The position numbers were made by a program, and so were the translations under genes. A stretch of DNA of 64,000 bases from the human T2T-CHM13v2.0 reference genome, Homo sapiens, in the NCBI RefSeq assembly GCF_009914755.1, contig NC_060933.1, one strand, 5' to 3'. The first letter of the stretch is position 1. Every line of letters starts with the position of its first letter. Shown here piece by piece: positions 63,433 to 64,000 of the stretch. The notes beneath the pieces were generated by a model that did no database searches, was not told the origin of the DNA, and saw only the letters and a program-made list of their open reading frames with translations.

Positions 63433-64000
63433 TGATATGGTTTGGCTGTGTCCCCACCCAAATCTCATCTTGAATTGTAAATCCCACAATTCACAAATGT
63501 CATGGGAGGAACCTAGTGGGAGATGATTGAATTTATGGGGGTGTGTCTTTCCTGTGCTGTTCTCATGATAATGAATGAGTCTCAGGAGATCTGATAGTTT
63601 TAAAAACAGGAGTTTCCCTGCGCAAGCTCTTTTTGCCTGCCACCATCCATGTAAGACATGACTTGCTCCTCCTTGCCTTTCACTTTCTGCCATGATCTTG
63701 AGGCCTCCCCAGCCATGTGGCTCTGTAAGTCCAATAAATCTCTTTATTTTGTAAGTTGCCCAGTATCAGTTATGTCTTTATCAGCAGTGTGAACATGGAC
63801 TATTACAGAAATTGGTACCAGTAGAGTGAGACACTGCTGAAAAGATACCCGAAAATGTGGAAGCAAATTTGGAACTGTGTAACAGGCAGAGAGTGGAACA
63901 GTTTGGAGGGCTCAGAAGAAGAGAGAAAATGTGGGGAAGTTTGGAACTGCCTAGAGACTTGTTGAATGACTTTGACCAAAATGCTGATAGCAATATAGAC
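63433..64000 (+). mobile_element. THE1B/C 5' LTR (63433-63807) plus the start of THE1 internal sequence
   Basis: 'tgatatggtttggctgtgtccccacccaaatctc' to 'ggactattaca', then 'gaaattggtaccagtagagtg...gctgaaaagatacccgaaaatgtggaagc'; runs off the window. Confidence 0.93.

Overview
Primate (human-like) genomic DNA: AT-rich, dense in repeats, and either intergenic or deep-intronic. No intact protein-coding gene is recognisable; nearly all ORFs in the track come from Alu, L1, Tigger or LTR sequence or from microsatellites. Main contents: (1) an old processed ING1 pseudogene on the minus strand (~1969-3060) with a poly(A) remnant, unexpectedly high CpG retention, and a perfect 22-bp hairpin created inside the PHD-finger sequence; (2) an L1PA3/4-type LINE-1 (~19340-24946) with a twin-priming 5' inversion and an apparent ~210-bp 3' transduction, both enclosed by one 15-bp TSD; (3) a full-length Tigger1 (15186-18238) holding two Alus and an 18-nt tract copied from one of them; (4) an older L1 with a locally inverted segment; (5) about 21 Alus, several MaLR/ERVL LTRs, MER2/MER5 elements and simple repeats. 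I found no demonstrable new biological system. The best leads are the ING1 retrocopy (orphan CpG island plus a de novo hairpin) and a set of template-switch scars. Repeat subfamily and ING1 assignments rest on consensus sequences recalled from memory, not on database searches.
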